A stretch of 64,000 bases of DNA from Eledone cirrhosa (taxonomy: Eukaryota), in NCBI GenBank assembly GCA_964016885.1, contig OZ024742.1:362824001-362888000 (forward strand). Direction: 5' to 3'. The first letter of the stretch is position 1. Each line of letters starts with the position of its first letter. The translations under genes and the position numbers were made by a program. The notes under the pieces are model-generated. The model made no database searches, was not told the DNA's origin, and saw only the letters and a program-made list of their open reading frames with translations. Below, in pieces: positions 39,057 to 52,623 of the stretch.

Positions 39057-39250
39057 AATTGTTTCTACTTTTGGCATAAGGCCAGCAATTATCCTAGTGT
39101 ATTACTGGTACTTTATTTTATCGACCCCGTAAGGATGAAAGGCGAAGTTAACTTCGGCGGGATTTGAACTCAGACCATAAAGGTCCGTAACTCTTTGCTG
39201 CAAAGCATGGCGTCCGACTCTCTACCGTTACTGCCATTCCACCACCCTTT
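39057..39250 (-). mobile_element. SINE with AATGTCGTATATAAT TSD, next to a diverged plus-strand SINE (39270-39560)
   Basis: Reverse complement of the family consensus; direct repeat at both ends. Confidence 0.8.
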
Positions 39251-39873
39251 ATAATGTCGTATATAATACTTTACAGTATTCGTTTCGGCTCTCTATTTGT
39301 CTGAGTTCACATCCCATCGAGGTCAACTTTGCTTTCATCTATTTAAGGGTGATATGAAAAGTGCCAGTCTTATACTGGGGTCGATTTCTCCACTATATTT
39401 CTATCTTATTTTTATTCCCTCATTCTCTTTATCCTTCTCTGGGAAAACAAAATCTAGTGTATTCAGACTTGGAGAGGAGGTGGGATCTACCAGATTAAAC
39501 AATTTCCTAGTAATACCTATGCCAATATGGTGACCTTACTAAGCCCCAGGAGTTTCGGGAGGATTCATTCATATAATGACTAAAGGTAACATAAATGAAA
39601 GTCAGTCAATTCCTTTGTTTCGTTCTTTCTCTTAGTCTGAAGTATAAAACCTCAGCTGGATGTTACCTCATGCTCCCCGAGGATAGATTGTTTTAATTTT
39701 GTTGAGCTCATTATACTGCGTTCATGCTGGCTTCACCGACACGAGGAAGAAATCCTTCCCACTACTTGTTTCTTCAACTTATTTGATCCATCTCTTTATT
39801 TTTGTCGATTCACAAATCTATGCGACATATCTACATCCCACACACATACACACAAACACGAACTACCCCTCCA

Positions 39874-39934
<61 letters not shown>

Positions 39935-40474
39935 CAATAGAATGTCCTTCTGCCTACTCTAAGTTACACTATATAACTAGCCATTTTATATTTTCCTGAC
40001 AGCAGCCACTCATGTGTTTCTGTCAATATCTATAGTGACATTAACTACAACTCGTTTAAACTACAGCAAAGTGAAACATTCTAACCTGACAGAAATATTT
40101 CCATTTCTATTATAATTATTTAATTTTCCTTTCTTTTCCTTCTTTGCTCGCCTCCGCCATATTTTTATAGAGATAAATATAAAAATAATAAAAAAACAAA
40201 AAAAAACAAAAAAAATACATAAAAAGAAACTAGCAAAGTATAGATAATGGGCATTATGGTAGAAAATCTGAAATATTAAATAAACATTATCATATTATTA
40301 TTATTACATTATCATAAAATAAAGTACCAGTAATGCACTGGGTAATTGCTGGCCTTGTGTCTAAAGTAGAAACAATTATTATTACATTATCACATTATTA
40401 TTCAATTGTTATCGATACCCGGCAGTATTTAATTCTCTTTGTTATCTAATAAACAAAACTAGAGAGAGAGAGAG

Positions 40475-40541
<67 letters not shown>

Positions 40542-41404
40542 TGGACTAATTAAATTAGTATTGTAAACTGATGCAAGAAACATTAACAGTCATGCTATAG
40601 CTGTATAAAACAACAGAGAGGACTCTTAGAGTTGAGGAAGGAGGACATACTTGGATATTGTCTTGGATATACTCTTCTAGTTTTCTTCATGCAGAAAAGA
40701 AATTATCCAACTATGAAATATAATAGATATGGAGGTTAAGGCAAGGTTTAAGGTAGGTATGTGTGTGGTGTGTTCTCTGCTTATTAGCGGATTACTTGCA
40801 GTTCCTTTTGAAATTAACATGCATGCAATTTTGCCATATTGTTCTTTGCATACTACGTTGTAAGTGAAAATGTTTGAATTTCTCGCTCTGGCAATTATAG
40901 GTTCTTTGTATGTCGATTCTGCTTTACGTATTATTAATTAGATCTTGGTAATATGGCAGCAACATGTTAGGGAGCCCAGGTTTATTATTGCATACTTCTC
41001 TCTGCGTGTGATATTTCTGAGAACTATAACAGTTATATACGTCAGAAAGGGTTCACATAAAAACAAACAATAGTATTATGACACACACAAATACACACAG
41101 TAGCATGACATACACAAACACGCACAATAGCATGACACACACAAATGCACACAATAAAATGAGGCACATAAAATATTCGCAGGCAGACATGCTTATATGT
41201 ATAAAAGGATTGATCGGCCAAACTTATAGAGAAACACAAATGGAAGAAGTTACATGATAAGCTTAGGAATATGAATAAACATATTCCGACTTGTGCTTCA
41301 TCATTTGATATTATGTTGCTTACTAGAGAAGATAATCATTTGTCTTTATTCCAAATTTCATATCTTTTAAGGAGTGGATCTCCATCGGTTTCGAGGAAGA
41401 TAAG

Positions 41405-41622
41405 CATCTCGTTATGTTGGAGACTGTTGCTTCTGACAGGACCCGCTGGAAGGAGTGTTTGACAACTCTGCCTCATTGACCCTCTCAGGAATAAATGGGC
41501 GAAGAAGAAGAAGAAGAAGAAGAAGAAGAAGAAGAAGAAGAAGAAGAAGAAGAAGAAGAAGAAGAAGAAGAAGAAGAAGAAGAAGAAGAAGAAGAAGAAG
41601 AAGAAGAAGAAGAAGAAGAAGA
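41405..41622 (+). mobile_element. RTE-like LINE extreme 3' end with (GAA)n tail
   Basis: VASDRTRWKECL..CAGGAATAAATGGGC(GAA)n; homologous to 42583-42840(-). Confidence 0.7.
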
Positions 41623-42582
41623 AGCTCGTTATAAACAACCAACCGTGTCTTAGTAAAATTGATATGTAAATTACTGAACATGCCACAGACACGTGCAGCA
41701 CTAATGTAATTCTCAACTTGATTTGATCAACGTTGGCCACATGAATTACAGGTACAAATCATTTTCCCCGAATGAGTGGAACAATGTGAATTAACATCAT
41801 GTTCAATGACAAAAAGTAAGGCTAGGATTCGAACTCACCCTCATACGATCGGGAAACGACCCCTCCCCCTTCTCCACCGTCACTCTAACATAACGGTAAT
41901 TCCCGACAAAAAGGTTCCACCAAATTCGATTATTGTTTGGAAATGTTTTCACTTTAAGTCTTTATTGTGATATGCTGGATCTCCCTGAGAACTACGTTAA
42001 GGGCAGGTGAACGTTACTCAAACATAATATATCTATGTATCAACCTACATCGCTATATATTACTGGCAGAATTGTGTTCTTGTGTTGTAGTTGAATGCAA
42101 TGGAACATCAATGATTTCGACGATGAATTTTCCAGTTCTTTAACCACCTGAAGAGCCCCTAGTGGGCATTCCTGAATCACAAGTAACCGTAACATAATCT
42201 TCACTTAGATTTAGGGTGACAATGTGTGACACGGCAGGCTTTTGAAATAGGGTTACAGTCCATCTGGCTAGTTTTTGTCTGACTTCGGGTCCTGGCCGAT
42301 AGGACGGAGAATATATTGCCCCGGCAGACGACAAGCGAGATACGCTGGAATAGCTACTCCTCCTTGCGGGTCTCGCACCTGCGGGTCTCGCACCTGCGGG
42401 TAGATATCTCCGATAGCAGTGATACAGGCTATGAGAAAGCGGCCGATATTTTGACATTTTACCCTATTTTGAGTGTTTGTTACAGCGCGGTTCCCTCACC
42501 GTCCTCCGGAGCAATGTATTCTCTCTCCGGTCGGCCGGGATCAAGAGGTAGAGTTTAAGGATACTCGTTCGGACGTCACACA

Positions 42583-42840
42583 TTTCTTCTTCTTCTTCTT
42601 CTTCTTCTTGGCCCACTTATTCCTGGGACGGTCATGGGGGACTGTCCTTAAACAATTATTCCAGTGGATTCTGTCAGAAGCAACTGCTTCCAACGGACCA
42701 GGCTGGATCTCCAAGTGGGACCAGCCAAGGTCATGGATGCTATCCAACCATCTTGCTCGTGATCCACTCCTGGGTCTCCTGCCGGTTGGTTTTGTGTGGA
42801 AAATCAATCCGGCTCTCTTTCCTGAGACATTCTAGCCCCA
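42583..42840 (-). mobile_element. RTE-like LINE 3' end with (GAA)n tail
   Basis: KPTGRRPRSGSRARWLDSI..ASDRIHW C-terminal motif. Confidence 0.75.
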
Positions 42841-44065
42841 TGCTCATAGTAAAGGAGCTGCAATCTGTCAATTCGCTGTATGGGGATAGTGGGAGAGATG
42901 GAGGCAGTGACAGTGGGAGCTTGGCTGTTTTGTGTTCGGACCTGGTGTATGTGCATATATTTCAGGAACACACATTCACACATTTTACATGTATGTATCT
43001 ATGAATATTATATTCATCTTAAGTAAGAAGATATAATTCATATATGTCAGCTATGAAGATGTGATATTGTCAACTTATAAACTTTAATATATTTACCTAG
43101 TAATTTTCTTTGATTTAGCCGTCGCGATTAAGACCATTCTCTAGCACCAATTGCAATAGGGATGGCGGTGACGGTGGAGGTTAAGTTAAATGGGTTAAAG
43201 TAAGATACGAATCTCAGATTGCAGACATTTTAGGTTTCTTGTATATTGCTTGTCTCAACGTTATAGACTATATTGAGCCACTATAATGCAATATTAAGAT
43301 TATATCAACATCGTTCTCTGCAAAAGTGAAAGAAAAACAACAAAAGAAACGAAAATAAAATGAAATAGACAAACGTATAATATAAAATATTCAAGAAAAT
43401 TACTCTATAACGTATTGATTTTCTGTATTTAGAAAACAGTTGATTTTCTTATTTTATAAATTCTTGTAGTGAAACAGGCCAAACGGAAAAACATACCTCA
43501 AAAGGAAAAATACAGATCGATATAAGACGCCAATAGACAAGGTTTGTAAGATGACAATAGATATACAACTGGAAAACTTTCTTGCGGATATAGCAAATAT
43601 TGATCTTATTCTTAGACACAAACGCCACTTGTGAAGGTGGGAGGGCGAGATGGGGTAGCCGATATAATTTGTCGCCCTCAGTAGATTACTGGTATTTGGG
43701 ATGATATAGATCAAGATGTTAATAAAAAAAGATTCTAAGATGATTATACACAACTTTGTGGATGGTATAAGTACAGACATGGCTGTGTGGTTGATGAGAT
43801 AACTTTGCAAAGATGCAATTCAGGGTTCAATTCACCGGCGTGATAGCTTCAGCATATGTATCCTGCTAGGACCTCGAATTATCCAGTGTGTTGTGGTTGG
43901 AATTTGGTTGATAGAATCTGCAACACTTCATCAAATATGTGTGTATGTAAATATATATATATATATATATATAACGAAGGAAATGTGGTAAGGAACCAGG
44001 TGGACCATAACGCACCAAAGTACTCAATACTTAGTGTAGTAGAGTGGGTAATAGGAACAAGTAAG

Positions 44066-44159
44066 ACCCCGACGGCTGAGCTCAAGCCGTTTCGACGGCT
44101 AATTCTGTACTGAATGAAAATTTATTCTGGTATTTAAATAGCCGAACTTATCAAGGGGT
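44066..44159 (-). ncRNA. Type I HHR, U3-A8 core variant
   Basis: Reverse complement of 47287-47380. Confidence 0.75.
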
Positions 44160-44569
44160 AATTCCATATATGGTCAAAGAGATAATCACCAGGATTGGTC
44201 ACATCACAAGTTAGTAGTAAATTTGTGATGGCAAGTTTGTGGGGGAAGGGGTAGCTAAACCAGCCGGTATGAGAAAAAAGGAGAGGGGCTGGAGTAGACC
44301 CATTCATGCGTTGGTAGTGCCAGCTACAGCTGGGTGTGAGGTCAAAGAGGATATTGGGTAGGGGGAGGGGGAGGAGGTCGAAACGGTAAGTAGAACAATG
44401 AAAGGTAAAACTATAAAAGGTACTGAGAGAGAAAAAAAAAAAAAGCAAAATCTGGTTACTAAGACACAAGTCTCTCGCTATAGCTAGGCTAAAGAAATAC
44501 ATAAATAAATAAATAAACAAATAAGTGAATAAAAGAATAGATAAATAAATTTAAAAAAAATATATATTT

Positions 44570-44623
<54 letters not shown>

Positions 44624-44852
44624 GTAGAATAAAAAAATAAATAATAATAATAGGAGTAAACTAGGTGGGAATGGAAATAAAGGGACCCTTATACGAGGTA
44701 TAAGTGCGTGTATCGTACGGTAACGGGTCAACAAAGGGGGGGGGGGGGAGGGGCAGAATACTAAAGAGACTACCACGAAAATAATAAAGGTTTCTACTCC
44801 AATCACAGAGAGCCATTATGCTTCAATCACCTTACCGCTACTTACTGCTGCC

Positions 44853-46208
44853 TTGGACTTCGCCGAAGCACTTTTGCCCATCACCGACCAGGAAAGAAAA
44901 ATCATCCTCCACGCCAGGAAGACAGTCTTACTCTTTGACAACTCCAAATGGATAAAAAGAGCTCCTGACTCACCCTTCGACGTCAGCATGGGCGCTACGG
45001 ATTCGGCGGAGGTCACAGATCTTATAGGATTATTCCTTATAGCCAAACTCACCGATATGTTTCCTGCTTTCGGTGGTGGATTGTACCGTGATGATGGGCT
45101 CCTTACCCTTAAAGGGTACAACCCCAGTAGTACAGATCGGGTCCGTAAACAATTAATCAGCTTCTTCCGCGACTGGGGATTTAAAATAACCCTACAAACG
45201 TCCCTGACCCGAGTTAATTTCCTGGACGTTACCCTCGATCTCAATAATGACCTGTACTACCCATACAGGAAACCCAATGACAACCTGCACTACATCCACC
45301 GCCGATCGAACCATCCTAGGAACATCACCAACAACCTGGTCAAAAACATCTCCCTCCGTATATCCCGTTTGTCAGCTAATGAGGAGATATTCGATGAACA
45401 TGCGCCTTACTACAACCAGGCCCTTAAGTGGAGTGGTTTCCGGGAGGAAATATCCTATTGTCCAGCTCCCATTAGCGGAACCAGCAGGCGACACCACCGC
45501 TCACGCAATGTAACATGGTTCAATACTCCCCACAACGCCGAGGTGACAACTCCCATCGGGAAAATTTTCTTTAGGCTCATTGAAAAACACTTCCCACCAC
45601 AACACCGCTACCACAACATAATTAACAAAAATACCATCAAACTCTCTTACAGCACTACACCTAACTTCGCACAAAACATCGTCTCCTCCAACAACAAAAA
45701 ACTCAACCCCGATGGAAGAAACAACCTAAATAGCAGTGGAGAGCCGACCAGGAGGTGCAACTGTCCTGATAGATCCAGTTTCCCCCTCGACAACAGATAC
45801 AGAGACCGTAATGTGATCTACCAGTGCAACGTGAGCACGGACACCTCCAACAAAGCTTATATAGGATTAACCGCATGCGACTTCAAGACCCGGCTATACC
45901 AACACAGACATACCTTCCGAAACCCGGCCCGGCGTCACGCCACTACACTTTCGGGCCACATATGGGACCTCAAGGACAACAACATCAACTATGATCTCAC
46001 TTGGAAATTACTGTCCAGAGCCAACTCTTACACGGGAGGACGCCGTCCGTGCAATTTATGCTCGGAGGAAACATTACAAATGTTGTTTTCGACGGACCAA
46101 CTCCTAAACAAGAAAGATGAACTGGTTACTGCATGTAAACACCGATTACGTAGGACTTACCTCGCCCTCAAACCCCATAATGACCCGGGGGGGGGGGGGG
46201 GGGGGTAG
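44853..46208 (+). CDS. PLE RT / GIY-YIG ORF, N-terminally truncated
   Basis: FDVSMG, GLYRDDGL, VNFLDVT, SNHP, RNVTWFN, VIYQC..YIGLT..FKTRLYQH. Two linker cysteines are lost relative to the 53004 copy. Confidence 0.85.
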   Translation: MDFAEALLPITDQERKIILHARKTVLLFDNSKWIKRAPDSPFDVSMGATDSAEVTDLIGLFLIAKLTDMFPAFGGGLYRDDGLLTLKGYNPSSTDRVRKQLISFFRDWGFKITLQTSLTRVNFLDVTLDLNNDLYYPYRKPNDNLHYIHRRSNHPRNITNNLVKNISLRISRLSANEEIFDEHAPYYNQALKWSGFREEISYCPAPISGTSRRHHRSRNVTWFNTPHNAEVTTPIGKIFFRLIEKHFPPQHRYHNIINKNTIKLSYSTTPNFAQNIVSSNNKKLNPDGRNNLNSSGEPTRRCNCPDRSSFPLDNRYRDRNVIYQCNVSTDTSNKAYIGLTACDFKTRLYQHRHTFRNPARRHATTLSGHIWDLKDNNINYDLTWKLLSRANSYTGGRRPCNLCSEETLQMLFSTDQLLNKKDELVTACKHRLRRTYLALKPHNDPGGGGGG

Positions 46209-47005
46209 ACTAGGGCTATAACACCCCACTTGCCTATTTTGTAATGGGTAACACCTGCTTGCCAATGGAGACGTAAGATCTTCTTTTACATTCTTTTATC
46301 GCTTCCTCTATATTTCCTCCTTCCCCATCCCTCCCTAGTCATTCTACCCCAGTTCCCTTTCTTTGTCGTCGTCTTTTTCTCGCCCACCCGAGGTAGCCCA
46401 TCGGTCCCTTGTAGCTTCAGCACCCCACCTCCTCCCCTATTCTATGATAGATTTGGCTGACTCCGCTTTTTATAGCAGAGGTGTTAGACTTCGGACACTC
46501 GCCCCCTTCTCCGATCGCTGCCTTTTTTCCGTGCCTTCTATATTTCTTAGTGGCATCTTTGCTTTAATTTCTCGTTTATCCAGTATTTCTTTCTTCTTTT
46601 CCCCTTTTTTTTGGGGGGGGGGGGGGTTGTACCTGTATTAATTTTCCGTTCTTTACTTTTACTTTTACTTCGTACGATCTTTCATGTAGCTTGTATAAGA
46701 CTTTTTGTTTCGTAGCGGTACCCTTAGAGTTAGCACTAGTTTTTTTTTTTTTTTTTTTTTTTTTGCGGGACCCTGAATTATATTCTCGTACTAGTTTACT
46801 TTCTTGCACTGGGTGGTTGCTGGCCCTGTGATTGGGGTAGAAACCTTTATTATTTTCGTGGTAGTCTCTTTAGTATTCTGGCCCCCCTTTGTTGACCCGT
46901 CACCGTACGATACACGCACTTATACCTCGTATAAGGGTCCCTTTATTTCCATTCCCACCTAGTTTATTCCTATTATTATTATTTATTTTTTTATTCTACA
47001 TTATA

Positions 47006-47040
<35 letters not shown>

Positions 47041-47286
47041 ATATATATTTTTTAAAAATTTATTTATGTATTGACCTCCTCCCCCTCCCCAGTATCCTCT
47101 TTGACCTCACACCCAGCTGTAGCTGGCACTACTAACGCATGAATGGGTCTACTCCACCCCCTCTCCCTTTTTCTCATACCGGCTGGTTTAGCTACCCCTT
47201 TCCCCACAAACTTGCCATCACAAATTTACTACTAACTTGTGATGTGACCAATCCTGGTGATTATCTCTTTGACCATATATGGAATT

Positions 47287-47380
47287 ACCCCTTGATAAGT
47301 TCGGCTATTTAAATACCAGAATAAATTTTCATTCAGTACAGAATTAGCCGTCGAAACGGCTTGAGCTCAGCCGTCGGGGT
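47287..47380 (+). ncRNA. Type I HHR, U3-A8 core variant
   Basis: ACCCC-UUGAUAA-GUUCGGCUA...UAGCCGUC-GAAACGGC-uugagcuca-GCCGUC-GGGGU. Confidence 0.75.
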
Positions 47381-47390
47381 CTTACTTGTT

Positions 47391-47429
<39 letters not shown>

Positions 47430-47431
<2 letters not shown>

Positions 47432-48680
47432 GTGGAACACTAGAAGGTAATATCCGTAGTGGTAGAGCACTCAGTCCATGGGACGAGTTATGTAGAAGTG
47501 GCTACACAACAGTTAGTTAACCATACCGAGAACAATTGTTTCACCTTAGCGGATCCTCAGCTCGTAATGAGCATGGTTATAGGAACAGGAAGGACAACCG
47601 TACGAACGTGCATGCGCAGAAACGCGGTCACTTCACACAGGCAATACTAGAATGCGTGCGAGAGGTGTAAAGGAGATAACTGCGAAAGTCCGAAAAGTTT
47701 TTAGTTGATTAGAAATTTACAATGATTCAATCCGGAGATTTGTAGTTATGCAATAGGTGTTTGGTGACGTGTCGACAACGTGTGAAAAATTCATGTCTCG
47801 TGTTTAGGCAATCACTATTACATAATCTCTTTAGAATAGTTATTCGTTCGTCAATACATAAGCCACACGTCGGATTTCCCCTTGCGTATGGCTTGGACTT
47901 AGTGATGGTTTTCCATTGAATGGAGTAGTCTATACTTTAGTCCTTGAGGGACCATACGTGGCTGGCGAGTTTCGTGGATGAACCGGGTACCTAAAGGTCG
48001 ACTGGTGGTTCAGGAAACGTTCCTTAAATCGGCCCTCCGCCATGGCCATATAGGATTTGACCTCCTGTGGTTGGTTTGGTCGGTTGGAAGTGACCACAGC
48101 TTCATAAATTACAGCTGGTGTGTTGCATTGCTGTTGAAGAGGGCAAGCTTCGGGCTAACGGCAAGAGCACCCTGGTGGGTTGTTGCTCCTAGGGCTGCTG
48201 GTGATGTGGGCCTTCATGTTCTTAGCGCAGGAGTATCCTAGTTTAACTTTGTGTCGGTTAAAGATGGAACGGTATTTATGACCTATGGGAAAGTGTCTAT
48301 CTAAGAGGGCTAGACATCTTTTTTCCTACATTGGTTTTAACGTTGAGTGAGAAGGGAAGAGAGAACCAGATAGTTTGTCTATTGTTGCGCTTACTTTTCT
48401 TATTGCTGTTGTTGATAGTGGGAAAGAAAGTGATAGGTTGTGAGAAGCCGCTGTTAGCTATCGCCGTGTTATACTAGGGTGCCGCCCTGTTAAAGATAGC
48501 CTTATTAGAGGAGATGTTTGAGATTCTAGTACTGATATTATTTACGAAGTTTCTAAAAACAGTGGGAAGGGTGGAATGAGTCCTTGTGAATGTAATTGAG
48601 TTTTTCGTTTAGCTTATGGAAGGGTCTGTGGGTGTGTGTGCGAAGGTCTAAATTAATGTCTAAGGAATCTACGCTAGAGA
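47430..48680 (-). mobile_element. Degenerate PLE 3' half (not shown in the ORF track)
   Basis: Manual minus-strand translation: LDINLDL..PFHKLNEKLNYIHKDSFHP..NNISTRISNISSNKAIFNRAAP*YN..SGF and DYSIQWKTITKSKPY..TCGLC; terminal HHR. Confidence 0.8.
47527..47564 (-). ncRNA. Minimal type I hammerhead ribozyme
   Basis: CGAG-CUGAGGA-U-CC gcuaa GG-U-GAAAC-AAUU-GUU-CUCG. Confidence 0.75.
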
Positions 48681-48802
48681 GGTTGGTAACATGCACGTAT
48701 GGACAAGCACACGCAGACACACATATAAATAAATAAATAAATATGAATATATATATAAATGTAAATGGTAAATGTAATAATTATCTTATGTTGTTTATTA
48801 CA

Positions 48803-48877
<75 letters not shown>

Positions 48878-50359
48878 TCATATTTATTTATTTATTTATA
48901 TGTGTGTCTGTGTGTGCGTGTCCATGTGTGCATGTGTATCTGAAATACAAACTTGTGCTTCTTGTAATGAACTGTAAGCTAACAGTTTGGCAAAAAGAGA
49001 TCGATGAGTTAAGTGGTAAATTTTGATTAAAATCAATACTTGGGTTGATATGCTCGACCAAACCAATATGCTGCCTCAGTATGGCCGCAGTCAAATGATT
49101 GAAACAAGTAAAATTATAAAATATTAGTTGCAAACCTTGCTGATATGGCAAATGACGACCACCTGTATATAACTGTTGTCCCCAGTCTATAACTGATATA
49201 TTACATATCAGAAATGATGACAGAAGAAGGAATCTTTGAAATATGACTTCAGAAAATAGGAAGATATTTATACTTTGCTGGTCGTATTTGTGGTCTAACT
49301 CACTATTTTAATTTATTAACGAAGTATTTCACTTCTGAAATAGTCTCTGAACATATTGTTCTAATCTATTATAACTCATGCTCTGAATAATTACTGACCA
49401 TGACCTTTACAGCGCCCTCTAGGTTGGTCCAATTGGTGTGACTGATATCCCGCTTGGACATATACAGGCCATTGACCGTTGGAATAACATGGCGTGGGAG
49501 GAAACCAAGTTGTGGTCAGAAGAAATAAAATATATTATTATGCTATTAAGGGGCCCAACCCTAAACAAGATACAAACGCTATTGTATTGTATATTTCCTA
49601 GAAGAAAGGTGACATCTCTATATAGATGTCATAGATCTTTAATTCCAGATTGAGTTGTAGGGGCTCCACTGTCGTGGTTATTAAAACCTGGTGGAAATCA
49701 TCTCTTGACAGGTTGGAATACAACTGATTTATTCCAGAGAGTGCCATAGAGAGAGAGAGGGAGAGTGGGAGAGAGAGAGAGGGGGATAGATGGGGGGGGG
49801 AGAGAGAGAGGGAGAGAAAGATAGAGAGAAGTAAGGAGAAAGGTATAGAGGAAAGATCGACTTCGGTCTTTGAATTGTACTTCATGTATTGAGATGGAAA
49901 CGATGAAAGGCAAAGTTGACCTCCACGATATGTACTCAGAACGTTGAGAGCCGGATTAAATACCGGAAAGTATTATCTGTCTTTCTAACGACTCTGCCAC
50001 TTTAATGCCTCCTCTGCACCAAACAATTCTTTACAAATTAAACTAAAGTGCAACAAGTTTCAAGCTTTTACAGCTGCAGTTGTTTGTGATGAGAGAAACA
50101 AATGGAACATCGCCGTTAGCAAACATTATTGTTCATGGCGATTGTTTTCTTTGTTATTCTTCTCCTGGAAATAACATTAAAAGATCTTTTCCGCGATACA
50201 TTTCCAAACAAAACAAAATGCTCCTCTTTTCTGTTGAACAATCTTTTTTTTCTTAAATTTTATTCGTGATAGTGAATAGAAAATTTAAAAATGAATTCTG
50301 TCTAAACTGGTTTAAAAGGAAGCAACATAATGGTTAATATAATGAAATAAACAAATATA

Positions 50360-51430
50360 ACCACCTCCATCAACACCATTGCCACCCACCACCACCAATT
50401 CCACCATTGCTACCGTTACCACCACCATCATCACCATCACCATCACTATTGCCACCAATACCACCACCACAACCATCAACACCATTGCCACCACCACCAC
50501 CACAATCATCATTGCTACCGTTACCACCACCTCCACCACCATCACCATCACTATTGCCACCAATACCACCACCACAACCATCAACACCATTGCCACCACC
50601 ACGACCACCACCACCATCATGCTACCGTTACCACCACCTCCACCACCATCACCATCACTATTGCCACCAATACCACCACCACAACCATCAACACCATTGC
50701 CACCACCACCACCACCATCATGCTACCGTTACCACCACCTCCACCACCATCACCATCACTATTGCCACCAATACCACCACCACAACCATCACCACCATTG
50801 CCACCACCACCACCATCAGGCTACCGTTACCACCACCACCACCACCATCACCATCACTATTGCCACCAATACCACCACCACCACCACCATCAACACCATT
50901 GCCACCAACCCCCACCACCATTGCTAGTGTTATCACCACCACCACCACTATCATCATTTCCACCAACCCCATCATCTCCACCATTGTTACCGTTAGCATC
51001 ACCACCACCACCATCAACACCATTGCCACCACCTCCACCACCACCACTACCACCACCGCCACAATCACGACAATTGACACCAACAACACCACCATCGCCA
51101 CCATCAACATCATCATCACCGTCATCACCACCAACACCACCATCACCACTGACACCACCAACACCATCAACACCACCATTGCCATCACCACCGCCACCAC
51201 TACCCCCATCATTGCTACCCTTACCACCACCAACCATCGCTACCATCATTACCACCAACCCTGCAACCAGCTTAACCGACACCGTTATCACCACCAACGT
51301 CACCACCATGATAACAGCCGTCATCACCACCAATATCTCCACCACCGCTACAACCAAAACCAACGGCATCATCACCACGAGCTTCACCACCACCCCATCA
51401 CCACCAATATCACCACCACCATCATCACCA
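50360..51430. repeat. (ACC/ATC)-based low-complexity array with about 100-bp higher-order units at 50403-50920
   Basis: Recurrent GCTACCGTTACCACC..CACTATTGCCACCAATACC unit, about 5 copies. Confidence 0.9.
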
Positions 51431-52623
51431 TTAATTGGTTCACCGAGCTACCTGATAAAACAACTCTCAAGTTCATACAGTTCGACATAGATGGCTACTA
51501 TGCATCGATCTCCCTCATACTCCTAAATAAAGCGCTTATCCTAGCTAAGTCTAATACGAGCCTCACTAGGAAGGAGATAGATATTGTGCCCGCAGCGCGT
51601 AGAACTATTATCAAGTTTGATGGCTCCTAATGGACCAGAACCAACCGTCCTGGTAACTTTGATATCACGATGGGGTCCAGTGACTCGGCGCAAGTAACCG
51701 ACCTTGTCGGGATATACCTCCTCCATAGAATTAGGGACGAGATACCGGCACTACAGGGCGGTGTATATTGGGACGATGCCCTGTTTACCGTGTGAAACCA
51801 CATCCCTCGTAGGATAGAGAACCTTAACAAGCGCATACACATGTTCTTTAAGACATATGGCCTATCAGTGACCTTGGACCTCAACCACCAAATAGTCAAC
51901 TTCCTAGATGTAACCCTGGAGTTGAGTACGGGCCTATATAAGCTATACCATAAGCCCGGGGAGATCCTCTCCTATATAAACTATGCTTCTAACCACCCTA
52001 AGTCTACCCTCAACTCCATAGTATATAGCATATCCAAGAGGATATCGAGGCTCTCCGCCAATGAAGATATCTTCAACCATGCGGCTGAATATTATAATAA
52101 GGCTTTACTAAATGCCGGTGTTAACCGAAACATATCCTACATCCTTAATGCTAGCTCTAGAAACCAACCACAACGTAGGAAAAATGTTATAGTGAGCCAT
52201 ACCTATAACAGAGCACGCTACAGCCATGACAGCGTCAAGAACTATAGTACAGAGAAGCACACTAAGAAACTTGGCCTCACCGTTAATTACATGAGTGGCG
52301 ACCAAGACAACCGACAGTATGGTAAGTGTTACCCAATAGGTAGCCCCACCCGCAGCAGCCTATTAGAGTTATTCCCTAACTATAAGACCAGCAACTGCGG
52401 CGGCCTATTACCAACACACTCCAACCCGCGCCCAGCCACACATAGAAAGTACAGAAGTAAGGCGCCCCCACCTGAACATAAAGTAATGGGGACGAATAAC
52501 CGGCTACAGCACAGGAACACCCGTAAGCACTGTCAACTAGGAAGCACAACCGGTAGCAAACCAAATGTAAAGCGGAAACGCCACCGTAATATCATATGGT
52601 TCTATCCCCACTACTCTCGGAGT
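51430..52623 (+). pseudogene. PLE RT fragment with stops (second subfamily)
   Basis: FIQFDIDGYYASI, FDITMGSSDSAQV, GVYWDD, VNFLDVT, SNHP, RNIIWF. Confidence 0.85.

Larger units (their letters stand above)
43976..47395 (+). mobile_element. 5'-truncated PLE with long inverted terminal repeat, inserted in (TA)n
   Basis: Arm 44052-44815 is the reverse complement of 46820-47395 (the right arm has an internal deletion). The left arm has an extra tail of about 75 bp. ORF 44853-46208. Confidence 0.92.

Noticed and set aside
42146-42170. CUGAAGA-GCCC cuagu GGGC half hammerhead
   Set aside because: No GAAA, stem III or stem I partner follows.
44816-45244. Antisense or alternate-frame ORFs over retroelement ORFs (also 4360-4899, 36275-37845, 52611-53051, 61779-62414)
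   Set aside because: Shadow frames or products of the internal inversion, with no independent motifs.
50312-51630. Long Pro/Thr/His-rich ORFs resembling mucin or extensin
   Set aside because: They are open in many frames on both strands because the ACC-based repeat lacks stops; only the last about 65 aa are real PLE RT.
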